NCBI GenBank assembly: GCA_902593795.1
Contig: CACJJR010000001.1
Coordinates: 4,170-68,169, forward strand
DNA: 64,000 nucleotides
Direction: 5' to 3'
Source of the DNA: an uncultured Candidatus Actinomarina sp.
GTDB taxonomy: Bacteria; Actinomycetota; Acidimicrobiia; Actinomarinales; Actinomarinaceae
Shown: piece by piece, positions 19,694-30,232 of the stretch
Layout of the letters: every line of letters starts with the position of its first letter
How positions within the stretch are numbered: the stretch's first letter is position 1
Notes under the pieces: generated by a model
Seen by the model: the letters and a program-made list of their open reading frames with translations, nothing else
What the model was told of the DNA's origin: nothing
Databases searched by the model: none
Program-made: the position numbers and the translations under genes

Positions 19694-21054
19694 TTCTTTA
19701 TAGATAAAAAAGTGCCGATAAAGAAATAATAATTTAAAGGAAATTGAACACCCTCCATAGAAACATCAAAAAATGATGCAATAAGTAATGGGATAATAAA
19801 ATTGAGAATTTTAAAGTTATTGTGTTTTTCTTTCCATTTTATTACAAAATAACTATGTAAATATAAAAATAGTCCTAGAAGTAATATTCCACCTCTTGCA
19901 AAAATATTGAAAAAATAATTGTGAATATTTTCATTCATGCCGTCAACGCCCATTCTTCCTGGCTCTTGAGGGTCAGTCATAACAGGTAAAATTTCATTAT
20001 ATCCATAGCCAAATAGGTTTTTATTTTCATCACTCATGTCATCAAGTAAATCTTGCCAAATATCTAATCTCCAATTTAATGTTCCATCTGTTGACTTTAA
20101 TACACCCTCATCAAAGTAAAGTGAGAATAGTACGCCTACGTAATTTCTTCTTTCAATTAAGTCTTGTAAATTATTTTGTAAAACTTGTGTTTGTGAAATT
20201 TCCAATTCAGCATTCATAAGCGGGTTTGATTTTTCAAAATTTAAATTCCCGTAAATATTCAATGTGGACACAACAAAAATAAATACTCCAAATATTGCAT
20301 ACATAAAAGTTTTGAAAATATTGTCAATTAATATTTTTCTATTAGAAAATAATTCCATTACGAAAAATAATGTAAGTGCAATAAAAGAGCCTCTGCTTAA
20401 ATAAAGAAGTTGTGGTAAAAATAAAGGAATTACTATAAAAATAAATATAAAATTCAATTTTTTATTTAAAAAATTATTGAAATAAAATACTAAAACTACA
20501 ATTACCATCAAGATATCTGAAGCTTTTATGAATTCGTATTTATCTGAATAATTCAAGAAAAAGTCTCCAATAAATTTTGGATACCTACTAGAACCAAATA
20601 TATAAGTAATTGGTATTAGAATTGGTAAAAATTTTTGAATTTTTATTACGTATTTATTATTGTGAGGAAAATTAAGTCCCAGAAAATAAAAAGAAGTCAT
20701 AGCTATAAATGAACCTGCTTTAAAAGTGTAAGAATTTAATAAATCAGCTTTAGTAAAGATAAGTTGGAGAACAAAATATATAAAAATTAAAATAAAAATT
20801 AAATAATTATTGTTGAAATCTTCTTGATAAAATTTCAAACAAATAAAAATAAGTAATAAATATCCCGTTAAAACAACAAATTCTCCAAGTCTAAATCCTA
20901 ATATCTCTAGACCTACAAAAGACCGAGTAAAAACCATACTCAAAGATATTGAAATCAAAATTAATGGAGCTATTATATTTTTAATTTTTTGCATTAAGTT
21001 CAAATTTAATACAAATTTTATGAGTTTTAAACACTCGTTAAAAGTTTTTATCAT
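19690..21054 (-). CDS. O-antigen ligase / Wzy-like membrane protein
   Basis: Multi-TM; SRGS, WRL.IW, FGYGY, NIHN...ARGG motifs. Confidence 0.82.
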   Translation of the reverse strand: MIKTFNECLKLIKFVLNLNLMQKIKNIIAPLILISISLSMVFTRSFVGLEILGFRLGEFVVLTGYLLLIFICLKFYQEDFNNNYLIFILIFIYFVLQLIFTKADLLNSYTFKAGSFIAMTSFYFLGLNFPHNNKYVIKIQKFLPILIPITYIFGSSRYPKFIGDFFLNYSDKYEFIKASDILMVIVVLVFYFNNFLNKKLNFIFIFIVIPLFLPQLLYLSRGSFIALTLFFVMELFSNRKILIDNIFKTFMYAIFGVFIFVVSTLNIYGNLNFEKSNPLMNAELEISQTQVLQNNLQDLIERRNYVGVLFSLYFDEGVLKSTDGTLNWRLDIWQDLLDDMSDENKNLFGYGYNEILPVMTDPQEPGRMGVDGMNENIHNYFFNIFARGGILLLGLFLYLHSYFVIKWKEKHNNFKILNFIIPLLIASFFDVSMEGVQFPLNYYFFIGTFLSIKN

Positions 21055-21725
21055 TTTTTATTTAAAGCTTTTTTAAAGTAATGTTTCTGTTCATCTTTAT
21101 TTATTGTTGAAATATTGTTGGAAGTATTAAGTTTATAAAGTGGTTTCTTAATTTCATAAATTTTTTCATTTTTTTGTGCTAAGTCTAAATAAAGCTTGAA
21201 ATCTTGAGAATAATAAAAATCTTCTGAATAATTTCCTATAGAATTTAATAGCAACTTTTCTATAGCAAGTGTTCCATGAATATAAGGATTTTTAAATTTC
21301 ATTGTAATTTTTTTTGGAATCCAAGCACTTAAGCCCGGAATAATTTTATTGTTATTTAAATCAATTGCTCTGGCTGTACAAATTTTTATATCCTTCGTTT
21401 CAAGTATTTTTATTTGTTCATCAAATCTGTTTTTAAAACTTATATCATCAGAATCTTGTCTAAAGATATACTTTCCATTAGATTCTTCAATTAATTTATT
21501 AAGAGACTTCGTTAACCCAATATTTTTTTCATTTACATAAAGCTTTACTCTAGAATCATTTACAAACTTAGTTATTTCTTCATAAGTATTATCAGTCGAA
21601 CAATCATCAATTATTAAAAATTCAAAATCATCAAATGTTTGATCTAGAATACTTTGAATTGCATTAGCTACATTATTTTCATCATTATAAACACTCATAA
21701 TTACACTAATGGTTCTGACTACCAT
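21051..21725 (-). CDS. GT2 glycosyltransferase
   Basis: SVIMSVYN, IDDCSTD, NIGLTKSLN, RQDSDD. Confidence 0.9.
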   Translation of the reverse strand: MVVRTISVIMSVYNDENNVANAIQSILDQTFDDFEFLIIDDCSTDNTYEEITKFVNDSRVKLYVNEKNIGLTKSLNKLIEESNGKYIFRQDSDDISFKNRFDEQIKILETKDIKICTARAIDLNNNKIIPGLSAWIPKKITMKFKNPYIHGTLAIEKLLLNSIGNYSEDFYYSQDFKLYLDLAQKNEKIYEIKKPLYKLNTSNNISTINKDEQKHYFKKALNKK

Positions 21726-22882
21726 TTCACTATTTCTCTAAAACTGTTTAGGTAAATTTCTTTACTTAATGCTTTTTCAATATGAAGAAAATTTTCATTT
21801 GACTGACTTTCAACAAGTTCGCTATTTTGAAGCAAGCTAAACTTATCCAAAAGGTCCTTACTTGAATTTACTTCAAAAGAAAAGGGGTTGTCTTTAGGAA
21901 AAAATTCTTCAATTCCACCATTTCTTGGATAAACAGAATTTATACCAAGCATTGATGCTTCTGATAGTAGCGTTGGCTGTCCTTCATATAGTTTTGTGTT
22001 CGTTATGACAGAGTAAGAATTTTTTATTAAATTTAAAACTTGTATATTTGATTGCTTTCCAAGAAAAATTATTTGATTGTTCTTGTTTTCTTTTTTAAAA
22101 GTTTCAAGGAGAGGGCCTTCACCAACAATTAATAACTTTTTTTCATATTTATTTAAAAGATTGTATGTATCAATTAATGTGCGTATACCCTTCTCTTCGG
22201 ATATTAGTCCTGCATAAATTATGTAGCTTTTTGTAGATAGATTTATGCTTTTTTGGTTATTATCATCACAGTTTATATTTAGCGGATTGTGCAAGATTTT
22301 TAAATTTTTAGAATCAAAACCATCATTAATTAGATACTGTTTTTGAAAGTTAGAAAGAGTTAAAACATTAGAATTTTTTAAAATTTTATAATATTTTTTG
22401 CAGTAAATTATCAATAACAATGACTTTATGTATGAGTCTTTAAAATATTTGTTGAATAGGAAAGTATCTGTTTTGTGATACCCACAAGCACTACATAAAC
22501 TATTTCCTTTTAAATGTGAGGTTTTAAAGAAAAATCTTCCACATTCATATCTATAATTGTGGAGTTTTATGACGAATTTTGTATTGTGTTTTTTTAATAA
22601 CCTAAAAATACCAAGCGATGCTTTGAACCAAGTATTGTGAATGTACACTAGGTCTGGTTTAAAACTATTTAATTTATTTTTTAATAATTTATCAGATTGA
22701 CTATTTTTATTAATTAAAAAATAAATAATTTGTTTAAAAATATTATCAATTTCATTATTAGAAAAAATTAATGCCTCGACATCATAGACTTTTTTTAGTG
22801 CGAGAATTTCATTGTCTACAGCTATATCTTCACCACCGGTTATTCGATAACGCGTATGCACTAAGAGAATTTTTTTCATCAA
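21719..22882 (-). CDS. GT4 glycosyltransferase
   Basis: GGED, HN, LHNYR, EKG, YEGQP...SEA. Confidence 0.88.
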   Translation of the reverse strand: MMKKILLVHTRYRITGGEDIAVDNEILALKKVYDVEALIFSNNEIDNIFKQIIYFLINKNSQSDKLLKNKLNSFKPDLVYIHNTWFKASLGIFRLLKKHNTKFVIKLHNYRYECGRFFFKTSHLKGNSLCSACGYHKTDTFLFNKYFKDSYIKSLLLIIYCKKYYKILKNSNVLTLSNFQKQYLINDGFDSKNLKILHNPLNINCDDNNQKSINLSTKSYIIYAGLISEEKGIRTLIDTYNLLNKYEKKLLIVGEGPLLETFKKENKNNQIIFLGKQSNIQVLNLIKNSYSVITNTKLYEGQPTLLSEASMLGINSVYPRNGGIEEFFPKDNPFSFEVNSSKDLLDKFSLLQNSELVESQSNENFLHIEKALSKEIYLNSFREIVKW

Positions 22883-22943
22883 TATCAGAGTAATGAGTTA
22901 TATTTTTTAAAATATAACTGTTTTACACAAAAAAAAATATGTT

Positions 22944-24578
22944 CTACACATCATATACTTTTCTTTTATCTTCAATAATATCTATCTGTATATGCCTGTC
23001 TACTTTTTGGAAACTTGTTGGATCATGTGTTGAGTTTATAATTGTAATATCTTTTTGAGTAAGTATTTCTAAAATTAAAGATTTTGTATTTCGATCAAGA
23101 TTAGAAGTTGATTCATCCAATAACAATATCTCAACATTTGATAATATTGCTCTAATAAAACCTACTTTTTGCATTTGTCCAGAGGATAAGGATGTATTTG
23201 AAACAATCCTATCAAGCAATTTATTATCAATTAAATTGTCTAATTTAAAAAGTTCGCAAACTTTTAGAATCTTTTCATCCCCGATATCATGATTGTTGCC
23301 ATAAAGTAAGTTCTCTCTTAAGGTTGTTGTAAGAATTAAAGGGTTGGGACCAATATATCCTAATTTATCCCTGGCTAATCTAATTGATCCGGATTGATGA
23401 ACTAACATTCCAGAAATTAGTCCCAGTAAAGTACTTTTTCCTGAACCATTCTGGCCAGTAATTACGATATGAGAATTTTTTTCAATTTTAAGATTTAAAT
23501 CATTAAATATCCAATCGTCGGAATTTCTGTATTTAAAATCAACAGACTCGATATCTATATCTAGATTCTTTATTTTTGTAAATTTATAATCATGAAATAA
23601 TTTACTTTCATTTTTAGCTAAAACAAATTTAAGTTCTTTCAAATGTATTTGTGAATTTAGCACTCTACCAAAAGACCCCGCAATACCACCCAATGATTGA
23701 AAAAGCCTGAGTGTTATTGCTATATAATCTAAGGTAATAAAGTCAAAATTTCCAAAGTAAATTATAAATACTGAGAAAGAAAATATCGTTATGAAGCTTG
23801 GAAAATCTGCACTTAATATGTTGTATATATGATTTTTTAACTGTCCGTCTGCCACTTCACTTGAAGTATTAAAAAATTTATTTAGCTCATCATCGTCTTT
23901 TTTTAATATTTTTATTAAATAAATATTATCGATGACTTTTTGGATTTCTTCATTTGATTTTTTTTCAAATAGAAAAGTTTTATGCATATAATTTTTAGAA
24001 TTAATTATTAATCTTCTTATTGGGAAAATCAATAGTAAAACTCCAACAAAAAAGGCACCAATTATTGTTGGATCTGTCAAAAGAAGATAAACAAAATATA
24101 CACTTGCTTGTATTAAAAAGTTAAGAAAATTAGTTAAAGAAGAGTAAAAAAAAGCAACATGAGCAGTAATTTGGTTTATATAAAAATATGCATCTGCAGT
24201 AGAAAAATCTTTTTCTTTAAATATTTGAGACATTACTAATACTCTCAAGTTTCTTTCTACAGTCACTTCAAGTGTCTTGAGAAGATAAGTTTGATATAGT
24301 TTTGATGAAAACCTAATAACTATAACAACCGGTAATATGTAAATATTTGTATTGATAAATTCTACGACAAACTCTATTGTCTGAAAGGTTTCATACTCCC
24401 CTGTCAAAAACAATGTAAAAGTTAAAATAATGATAATGTCCAGAAAAACGGTTAAGTTAGATGTGAGTATCGCTAAAAATATTGTAAGTTTTTTATTAGT
24501 AGTTCCAGTTTGTTTTGAAACATAAAGCACATCATTAAAAATGATTTTTAATTGATCAATTCTTTTTTTCATTACCAA
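22944..24578 (-). CDS. ABC transporter, fused permease/ATPase (PglK/MsbA-like glycan flippase candidate)
   Basis: TM N-half; GQNGSGKST, LSSGQ, LLLDE, H-loop. Confidence 0.88.
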   Translation of the reverse strand: MVMKKRIDQLKIIFNDVLYVSKQTGTTNKKLTIFLAILTSNLTVFLDIIIILTFTLFLTGEYETFQTIEFVVEFINTNIYILPVVIVIRFSSKLYQTYLLKTLEVTVERNLRVLVMSQIFKEKDFSTADAYFYINQITAHVAFFYSSLTNFLNFLIQASVYFVYLLLTDPTIIGAFFVGVLLLIFPIRRLIINSKNYMHKTFLFEKKSNEEIQKVIDNIYLIKILKKDDDELNKFFNTSSEVADGQLKNHIYNILSADFPSFITIFSFSVFIIYFGNFDFITLDYIAITLRLFQSLGGIAGSFGRVLNSQIHLKELKFVLAKNESKLFHDYKFTKIKNLDIDIESVDFKYRNSDDWIFNDLNLKIEKNSHIVITGQNGSGKSTLLGLISGMLVHQSGSIRLARDKLGYIGPNPLILTTTLRENLLYGNNHDIGDEKILKVCELFKLDNLIDNKLLDRIVSNTSLSSGQMQKVGFIRAILSNVEILLLDESTSNLDRNTKSLILEILTQKDITIINSTHDPTSFQKVDRHIQIDIIEDKRKVYDV

Positions 24579-24729
24579 GTTTGATTATATTTAGGGAAAT
24601 AAGCAATTTTGAAATTAATTTCAAAAAAAAACTTAAGAATAGACATTATTTTTATTTGATACTATTGAGGTAATCCTCAATATATATTTAAATAATTAAT
24701 TAATGATTTTTTCCTCGTAATATACATAT

Positions 24730-25533
24730 ATGTTAAAAAAAATAATTGTTAAATTATTTGATTTATTAGATTATTCAATTATTAAAAAAAAGAAATTAAC
24801 AAAAATAGATGTTGAAAGAAAACATTATAAGCATCAATTGGATAAGTTAAACTTTATTTTTTTAAACGAAAGAATTAAAAACACTCATAAAGTTTTTGAA
24901 CTATCAGAAAATTCAAAATCTCAAATTTTTCAGGATCTCTTTGTTTTGAATGAACACAATTTTTTAAATAAAGGTTATTTTATTGAAATAGGAGCTGCAG
25001 ATGGAAAATACTTATCCAATACCTATATGCTGGAAAAAGACTTTAATTGGAATGGTTTAATAGTAGAGCCAGCAAAAATGTGGGCTCAGGAAATAGTAAA
25101 AAATAGAAAGTGTGATATTTCGTTCGATTGTGTTTACAGTAAGTCAGGTTTATCAATTGAATTTAATGAAACTGAAAAACCAGAATTTTCTAAAATAAAT
25201 TTTCACAACAATGATTCTCCTGATTATCACGAAGACTTAAGAATTAAAAATAATAAAATTTACAACTTAGAAACAATCTCAATAAATGATTTGTTTGAAA
25301 AATATAAAGTTCCAAAAAGTATTAATTATTTATCAATCGACACAGAAGGATCCGAATTTGAAATATTGAATTCACTAGATTTCAATTCTTACGATATTTC
25401 AATTATTACTGTTGAGCATAACTTTACCCCTAATAGGGAAAAGATTAATTCTTTACTTACTAGAAAAGGGTTTAAACAAGTTTCGAGTGAATTTTCTAAA
25501 TTTGATGATTGGTATGTAAGCAAAGAATTTTAG
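24730..25533 (+). CDS. FkbM-family methyltransferase
   Basis: SQ..QD, FIEIGAADG..LSNT, LSIDTEGSE, VEHN, DDWY. Confidence 0.88.
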   Translation: MLKKIIVKLFDLLDYSIIKKKKLTKIDVERKHYKHQLDKLNFIFLNERIKNTHKVFELSENSKSQIFQDLFVLNEHNFLNKGYFIEIGAADGKYLSNTYMLEKDFNWNGLIVEPAKMWAQEIVKNRKCDISFDCVYSKSGLSIEFNETEKPEFSKINFHNNDSPDYHEDLRIKNNKIYNLETISINDLFEKYKVPKSINYLSIDTEGSEFEILNSLDFNSYDISIITVEHNFTPNREKINSLLTRKGFKQVSSEFSKFDDWYVSKEF

Positions 25534-25535
25534 TT

Positions 25536-26474
25536 TTAAGTACCAAAGACCTCACTAAACATTTTATTAAAAGATTTAAAACCATTTGGTATAGTGAATT
25601 CATTTAATCTATCAAAAGCATATTCAACATCTGGTTTTGCAGATTCAAAATTGTTCATATCAAATAATGAATTTGGGCTAAGTATTTCTGGTGCAACTCC
25701 TACATTGGTGGATATAATTGGAGTTTTAGTCAGTGCTGACTCAAATACGGCCTGTGGGCCACCTTCAACTCTTGATGTAACAATATAAAGATCTAGACAG
25801 TTATACAATTCATTTAATTTACTATTTGTAACCATTTCAAAGTAAGTAAAATTAATATCATTTTCTAGTAACTTTGAAATTACATACTGTCTTCTTTTTC
25901 CAGAAAGGAGGATGTGTAATTTTTCATTTTTTTCTTTAAGTGTTTTGACAATTTCTATAAATCTATCTGGCCCTTTTGAAAGTTTGGGTGATTTTAAATC
26001 TGAACCTTCTGTGTCCCGTTGAAAAGAGCCTATAAGATATGAATCTATAGGAATATTGTATTTTTTTCTTAATTGATCTTTATTTTGAATTGGGTACCAA
26101 ATTTCTGGATTTATCCAAAAAGGTATAGAGTAGATTTTTTTATCAGTATATTTTCTAACCTGATCATGAGTATTTTCAGAAATTACATGATAAGCATCGA
26201 CAAATTGGTCTCTGAAATTAAATTTTTCTATTTCGGATTTATTAAATTTTTCTTCATCAATATGATATACCGAGCATACAACTTTCCTTGATGAGTTTTT
26301 TTCTAGTTTTTTGTTATCCCATTTCCATGGGGCAATTATCCAAAGCATATTTGCTGATTTGTAAAACCGAGTAAAAGGATTATGATTTCTTATCCATTCA
26401 TCTCTTAGTCTGTCAATTATCCACTTTTCATTTGCTTTATTTATAAACAACTTAAGAGAATTTTCTTCTGTCAT
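25536..26474 (-). CDS. GT4 glycosyltransferase
   Basis: GSFQRD, KGPD, SRVEGGPQAVFES, STNVG. Confidence 0.85.
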   Translation of the reverse strand: MTEENSLKLFINKANEKWIIDRLRDEWIRNHNPFTRFYKSANMLWIIAPWKWDNKKLEKNSSRKVVCSVYHIDEEKFNKSEIEKFNFRDQFVDAYHVISENTHDQVRKYTDKKIYSIPFWINPEIWYPIQNKDQLRKKYNIPIDSYLIGSFQRDTEGSDLKSPKLSKGPDRFIEIVKTLKEKNEKLHILLSGKRRQYVISKLLENDINFTYFEMVTNSKLNELYNCLDLYIVTSRVEGGPQAVFESALTKTPIISTNVGVAPEILSPNSLFDMNNFESAKPDVEYAFDRLNEFTIPNGFKSFNKMFSEVFGT

Positions 26475-26535
26475 AGTTTTAGATAGTAATATATAAAACT
26501 TTGTATTTTGATAGTTAAATTTAAATTAATTTTTT

Positions 26536-29079
26536 TTACTTTAGCTTTATAAAGCTGCTTTTTTTAAATAACTTTTTTTGCTGTTTTTTTATACTATCAA
26601 AAAAGTTCCATGCTAAAACTAAAACAAAGTCGTAGTCATCCGGATTAATAGTGTCAGATTCAATAATTTTTATACCTGTTTCAGGTACATATAAATTATG
26701 TTTGAGATGGTTGTCATCAACAATATATTCAAAATGATCACTATTAATGCCGAAATAATTGAGAACTGTTGTTGCTTTTGCTGGAGCACCATAACCAATT
26801 ATCTTTTTATTTTCAGATATTATTGAGTTAATTTTTTTTAAAGAATTATGTTTTATACTCTCAATATCTTTGGCAAATTTATAGTAAGTTTCAATTTTGT
26901 CTAGCTTAAATTTCTTTTCTAATTCAATATATTGCTTAATGCTTTTATGTTGTCTTTTATTTTTATTTTTAGTTGCATAAACCCTCAGCGACCCACCATG
27001 TGTGTCAACTTCCTTGACTTTGTATACCTTTAGTTCTGAACCCTCAAAAAAGTTTAGAATAGATAGTAAGCACCAATAATTAAAATGCTCGTGGTATATG
27101 TTATCAAAAGTTAAATCATTTATAGTTCTGAGTAAATATTGAATTTCAAAAATAAACTCTCCATCTTTTTTCAGTATCTTTTCAGTGTTGTTTAAAATTT
27201 CTTTTAATCCGTCACTATGTGCAAATACATTAAATGCAGTTACAATATCTGCTTTACCGTATTCATTGATAATTTTTTTAACTGTTTTTTGGCTAAAATA
27301 TTCAGTTAACGTATTAAGACCTTTTGAATTTGCAATCTTTGAAATATTTTTAGCAGGCTCAATCCCAATTGCATTTATCCCAATATCTTTTAATGGTTTA
27401 AGGAAAATTCCATCATTACTTCCAATATCTACTACCAAAGATTTCTTATTTAAATTACATTCAATTTTTAATTCTCTAGCAATTTCTTCAAAGTGATCTC
27501 TAAATTGTTTTGAAGTAGATGATTGATAAACATAATTATTAAACATTTTTTTTGATGGAACAGCAACGCTTAATTGTGAGTTTGAGCACTGTTTACAAAA
27601 ATTGAGATCGAGTGGATATAAATCGTTTGTGTCATTTTTTGCTTTATTGAGGTTATTAGCCAGAGGTGATAAACCGAGAGATAAATAATGATTCAATCCT
27701 CCTCCGCAGACTCTGCAGGAAGTTTTATAAGAATTTAACAATAGATTGCCTAAATGTTGATCAACTAAGTCATATTTTAGTGTGTGAGTAGTACCATAAT
27801 TTTGGTGCTTACGCTCACCATTAACTAAATTGAGAAACGTGGAGTCTTCTAAAAATATCATTGTATGAGCAACATAAGGTGGTATCGTTGATAATTCGCC
27901 TTCTTTAACTAACCTTGTTTCAACTACTGAAGATGGATCTAATAAATCTTTAGTCACGCTTATATATTTACCAGTAATAAGTAAACATTTCTGCGTTTGA
28001 ACTGGATGGTAATGGTTTCCTCTAATAGACCCCTTAACAGATTCCACATAACCAATCATGTTTATATAGTCATCTATATAGAAATTCGATATTACTCCTC
28101 TACTATCAACAAAATTATCTTTACCCACTTCTAGTTCTTCATTATGTTTTTCTGTTATATCGTCTTTCCAGCTGTCATACATTAACTTAATTGAGTCTTT
28201 TATTTCATGTTGAAATGTGAATCCTGTCTGTAAAAGTTTTTTATTTGATAGTGTATAACCTTTATTTGGAACTGGATCAGAAGTTTTAATTAGAGTAAGC
28301 TTTTTATTTATATTTTTACATATTTCTGCAACTTGTTTTACTGTGAGGTTCTCATTGACACAATTAAATATTTCATTAGTTATTTTTTCATTTTCACCAA
28401 CAAATTCAAAACATCTAGCTACATCATAGACAGACACAAGACTCTTAAATTGATCCCCATTAGAAAACAATTTTATTTCTCCATCATAAGATGAGATCTT
28501 TGAAAAAAGATTGGGCATTATATTCAGTCTGGTTGAATCATAAGACTTTCCATAAACAGAGCCAAGTCTTAAAATAACATAATTTTTATTTGATTGAATT
28601 AGATCGATTTCAGATTTTACCTTTCCTTTTGAATAATCTAAAACAGGTAAAGGTTTACGATTTTCAGAAATACTTTTTTCTACACTTTTCAAGCCTTCAA
28701 AAATGACATGTGTTGAAGGAAACACTATTTTAGTTTCTTTTGAAGATAGATTTATTATGTTTTTTGTTCCATCGATACCAACTTTTTTAATCAAACGATC
28801 TCTTTGTGGGTTCTTATCTTTAACAGTAGTTCCAACATCAGTAATTCCAGCTAAATGATAAATTATGTCTGCATCACAAATAGCAGTTTGTAAATTATTT
28901 TTCTCTGTAATATCAATTTGCTGAAACTTTATACCCCATCTTTTTAACTGACTAACTCTCTCAGAATAAAAAACATTATCTAAAACCAATACATGGTAGT
29001 GATTAGTTTTGCCCGAGTAAATTTTTGCGAGCTCCATGCCTATATATCCAAGGCCACCAGTTATTACTACTTTTTTCAA
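26536..29079 (-). CDS. Three-domain fusion: NAD-dependent epimerase/reductase + cupin + sugar C-methyltransferase
   Basis: TGGLGYIG/YSKGK; DSRG, RGNHYH; CRVC..PLAN..CKQC, DIGSNDG, YHEH, HGGSLR, YGAPAKA, LAWN. Confidence 0.88.
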   Translation of the reverse strand: MKKVVITGGLGYIGMELAKIYSGKTNHYHVLVLDNVFYSERVSQLKRWGIKFQQIDITEKNNLQTAICDADIIYHLAGITDVGTTVKDKNPQRDRLIKKVGIDGTKNIINLSSKETKIVFPSTHVIFEGLKSVEKSISENRKPLPVLDYSKGKVKSEIDLIQSNKNYVILRLGSVYGKSYDSTRLNIMPNLFSKISSYDGEIKLFSNGDQFKSLVSVYDVARCFEFVGENEKITNEIFNCVNENLTVKQVAEICKNINKKLTLIKTSDPVPNKGYTLSNKKLLQTGFTFQHEIKDSIKLMYDSWKDDITEKHNEELEVGKDNFVDSRGVISNFYIDDYINMIGYVESVKGSIRGNHYHPVQTQKCLLITGKYISVTKDLLDPSSVVETRLVKEGELSTIPPYVAHTMIFLEDSTFLNLVNGERKHQNYGTTHTLKYDLVDQHLGNLLLNSYKTSCRVCGGGLNHYLSLGLSPLANNLNKAKNDTNDLYPLDLNFCKQCSNSQLSVAVPSKKMFNNYVYQSSTSKQFRDHFEEIARELKIECNLNKKSLVVDIGSNDGIFLKPLKDIGINAIGIEPAKNISKIANSKGLNTLTEYFSQKTVKKIINEYGKADIVTAFNVFAHSDGLKEILNNTEKILKKDGEFIFEIQYLLRTINDLTFDNIYHEHFNYWCLLSILNFFEGSELKVYKVKEVDTHGGSLRVYATKNKNKRQHKSIKQYIELEKKFKLDKIETYYKFAKDIESIKHNSLKKINSIISENKKIIGYGAPAKATTVLNYFGINSDHFEYIVDDNHLKHNLYVPETGIKIIESDTINPDDYDFVLVLAWNFFDSIKKQQKKLFKKSSFIKLK

Positions 29080-29110
29080 GATTATTCCAATTTAATATAA
29101 TCTTGTACTA

Positions 29111-30226
29111 TTAACTGCCAAATAATATTTTTTCTAGTTCTAAGTTAAATTTTGCTACATCAAAATTATCTATAAAATTATTGAAACTTTTTGAATCAAG
29201 CTGCACTTTTTGATAGTTATTTAGTATTTTATTTAATTCATTTTCCCATTCAGTAACTAAATTAGACTGTACAAAATTAATTTTGTACTCCTTTATAAAA
29301 TCTTCATCTCCGAAGAAGCCATTAGTTTTTGTTATCAATATAGGCGTGTTACAACTTAAAGATTGTAAAGCCACGCTTTGTCCTGATGGTTGATATGAAT
29401 TTTTTATTGGAATGATAGTTAATTTAGACTTTGAATAAATATCCCTAAGTGACTCATCTGAAATTAGTTGATCAGACCAATTTCCTTTAATATACCTTAC
29501 ATTACTTGTATTAAAATTAAGTTTTTGATTAGTAATTACTGTGAAGTTAAGTTCTGGTAAATGCTGCGATAGCTTAATTAGAAAGTTGTAATCTCTCTTG
29601 CCATCATTTCCAATAAATAATACTCCTTCTTTTTTTTCATTTTTAGACTTAGACCAAAATTTAGTATCAACACAAAATGGTAAATATTCAAATTTTGATT
29701 CATACTTTGAGAATTTATTTTTTACGAATTGATATTCTCCATAACCAAGAAAAATAAATTTATCAGCCGAATACAGAAATATTTTTTGATATATAAGATT
29801 AAATATTGATTTTAAAAAATTTGTAGATTGCTTTCCAAACAAACCCATCGTGATTACAAAATTTTCATTTCTTCTCTTTAAAACTTTATTTAAAAACAAT
29901 ACAGGAAGTAGAGATAAGAACAATGCATCTGATGTATAAACTATTTTTTTAGAACTCTTTAATAATTTCATATTTTTTTTAGAGATAAGTTCAACAGAAT
30001 AGCTAGGAAAATTTGTCAGCTTAACGATAATCCTGTCATAAATGTGAATAAATTTTCTAAGTCCTTCTTTATTGGAGTGATCTTTATTAACCTCAAGAAT
30101 TTCTGTGGTATATTTTTTTTTAAAAAAATTAAAACCATAAAAAAATTCTGAAGCTTTTACAGAATTTTCGTCTATTTTGCTTTTTCTACCTGGTCCAAAA
30201 ATATATAATATTTGATTTTTATACAC
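29111..30226 (-). CDS. GT4 glycosyltransferase
   Basis: PFCVD, IGND..RDY, PSGQSV.LQ. Confidence 0.8.
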   Translation of the reverse strand: MYKNQILYIFGPGRKSKIDENSVKASEFFYGFNFFKKKYTTEILEVNKDHSNKEGLRKFIHIYDRIIVKLTNFPSYSVELISKKNMKLLKSSKKIVYTSDALFLSLLPVLFLNKVLKRRNENFVITMGLFGKQSTNFLKSIFNLIYQKIFLYSADKFIFLGYGEYQFVKNKFSKYESKFEYLPFCVDTKFWSKSKNEKKEGVLFIGNDGKRDYNFLIKLSQHLPELNFTVITNQKLNFNTSNVRYIKGNWSDQLISDESLRDIYSKSKLTIIPIKNSYQPSGQSVALQSLSCNTPILITKTNGFFGDEDFIKEYKINFVQSNLVTEWENELNKILNNYQKVQLDSKSFNNFIDNFDVAKFNLELEKILFGS

Positions 30227-30232
30227 GATATT

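Noticed and set aside
22929-30127. A/T homopolymer runs of 8-9 nt as phase-variation tracts
   Set aside because: Common at this AT content; no associated frameshift seen and no long G/C tracts
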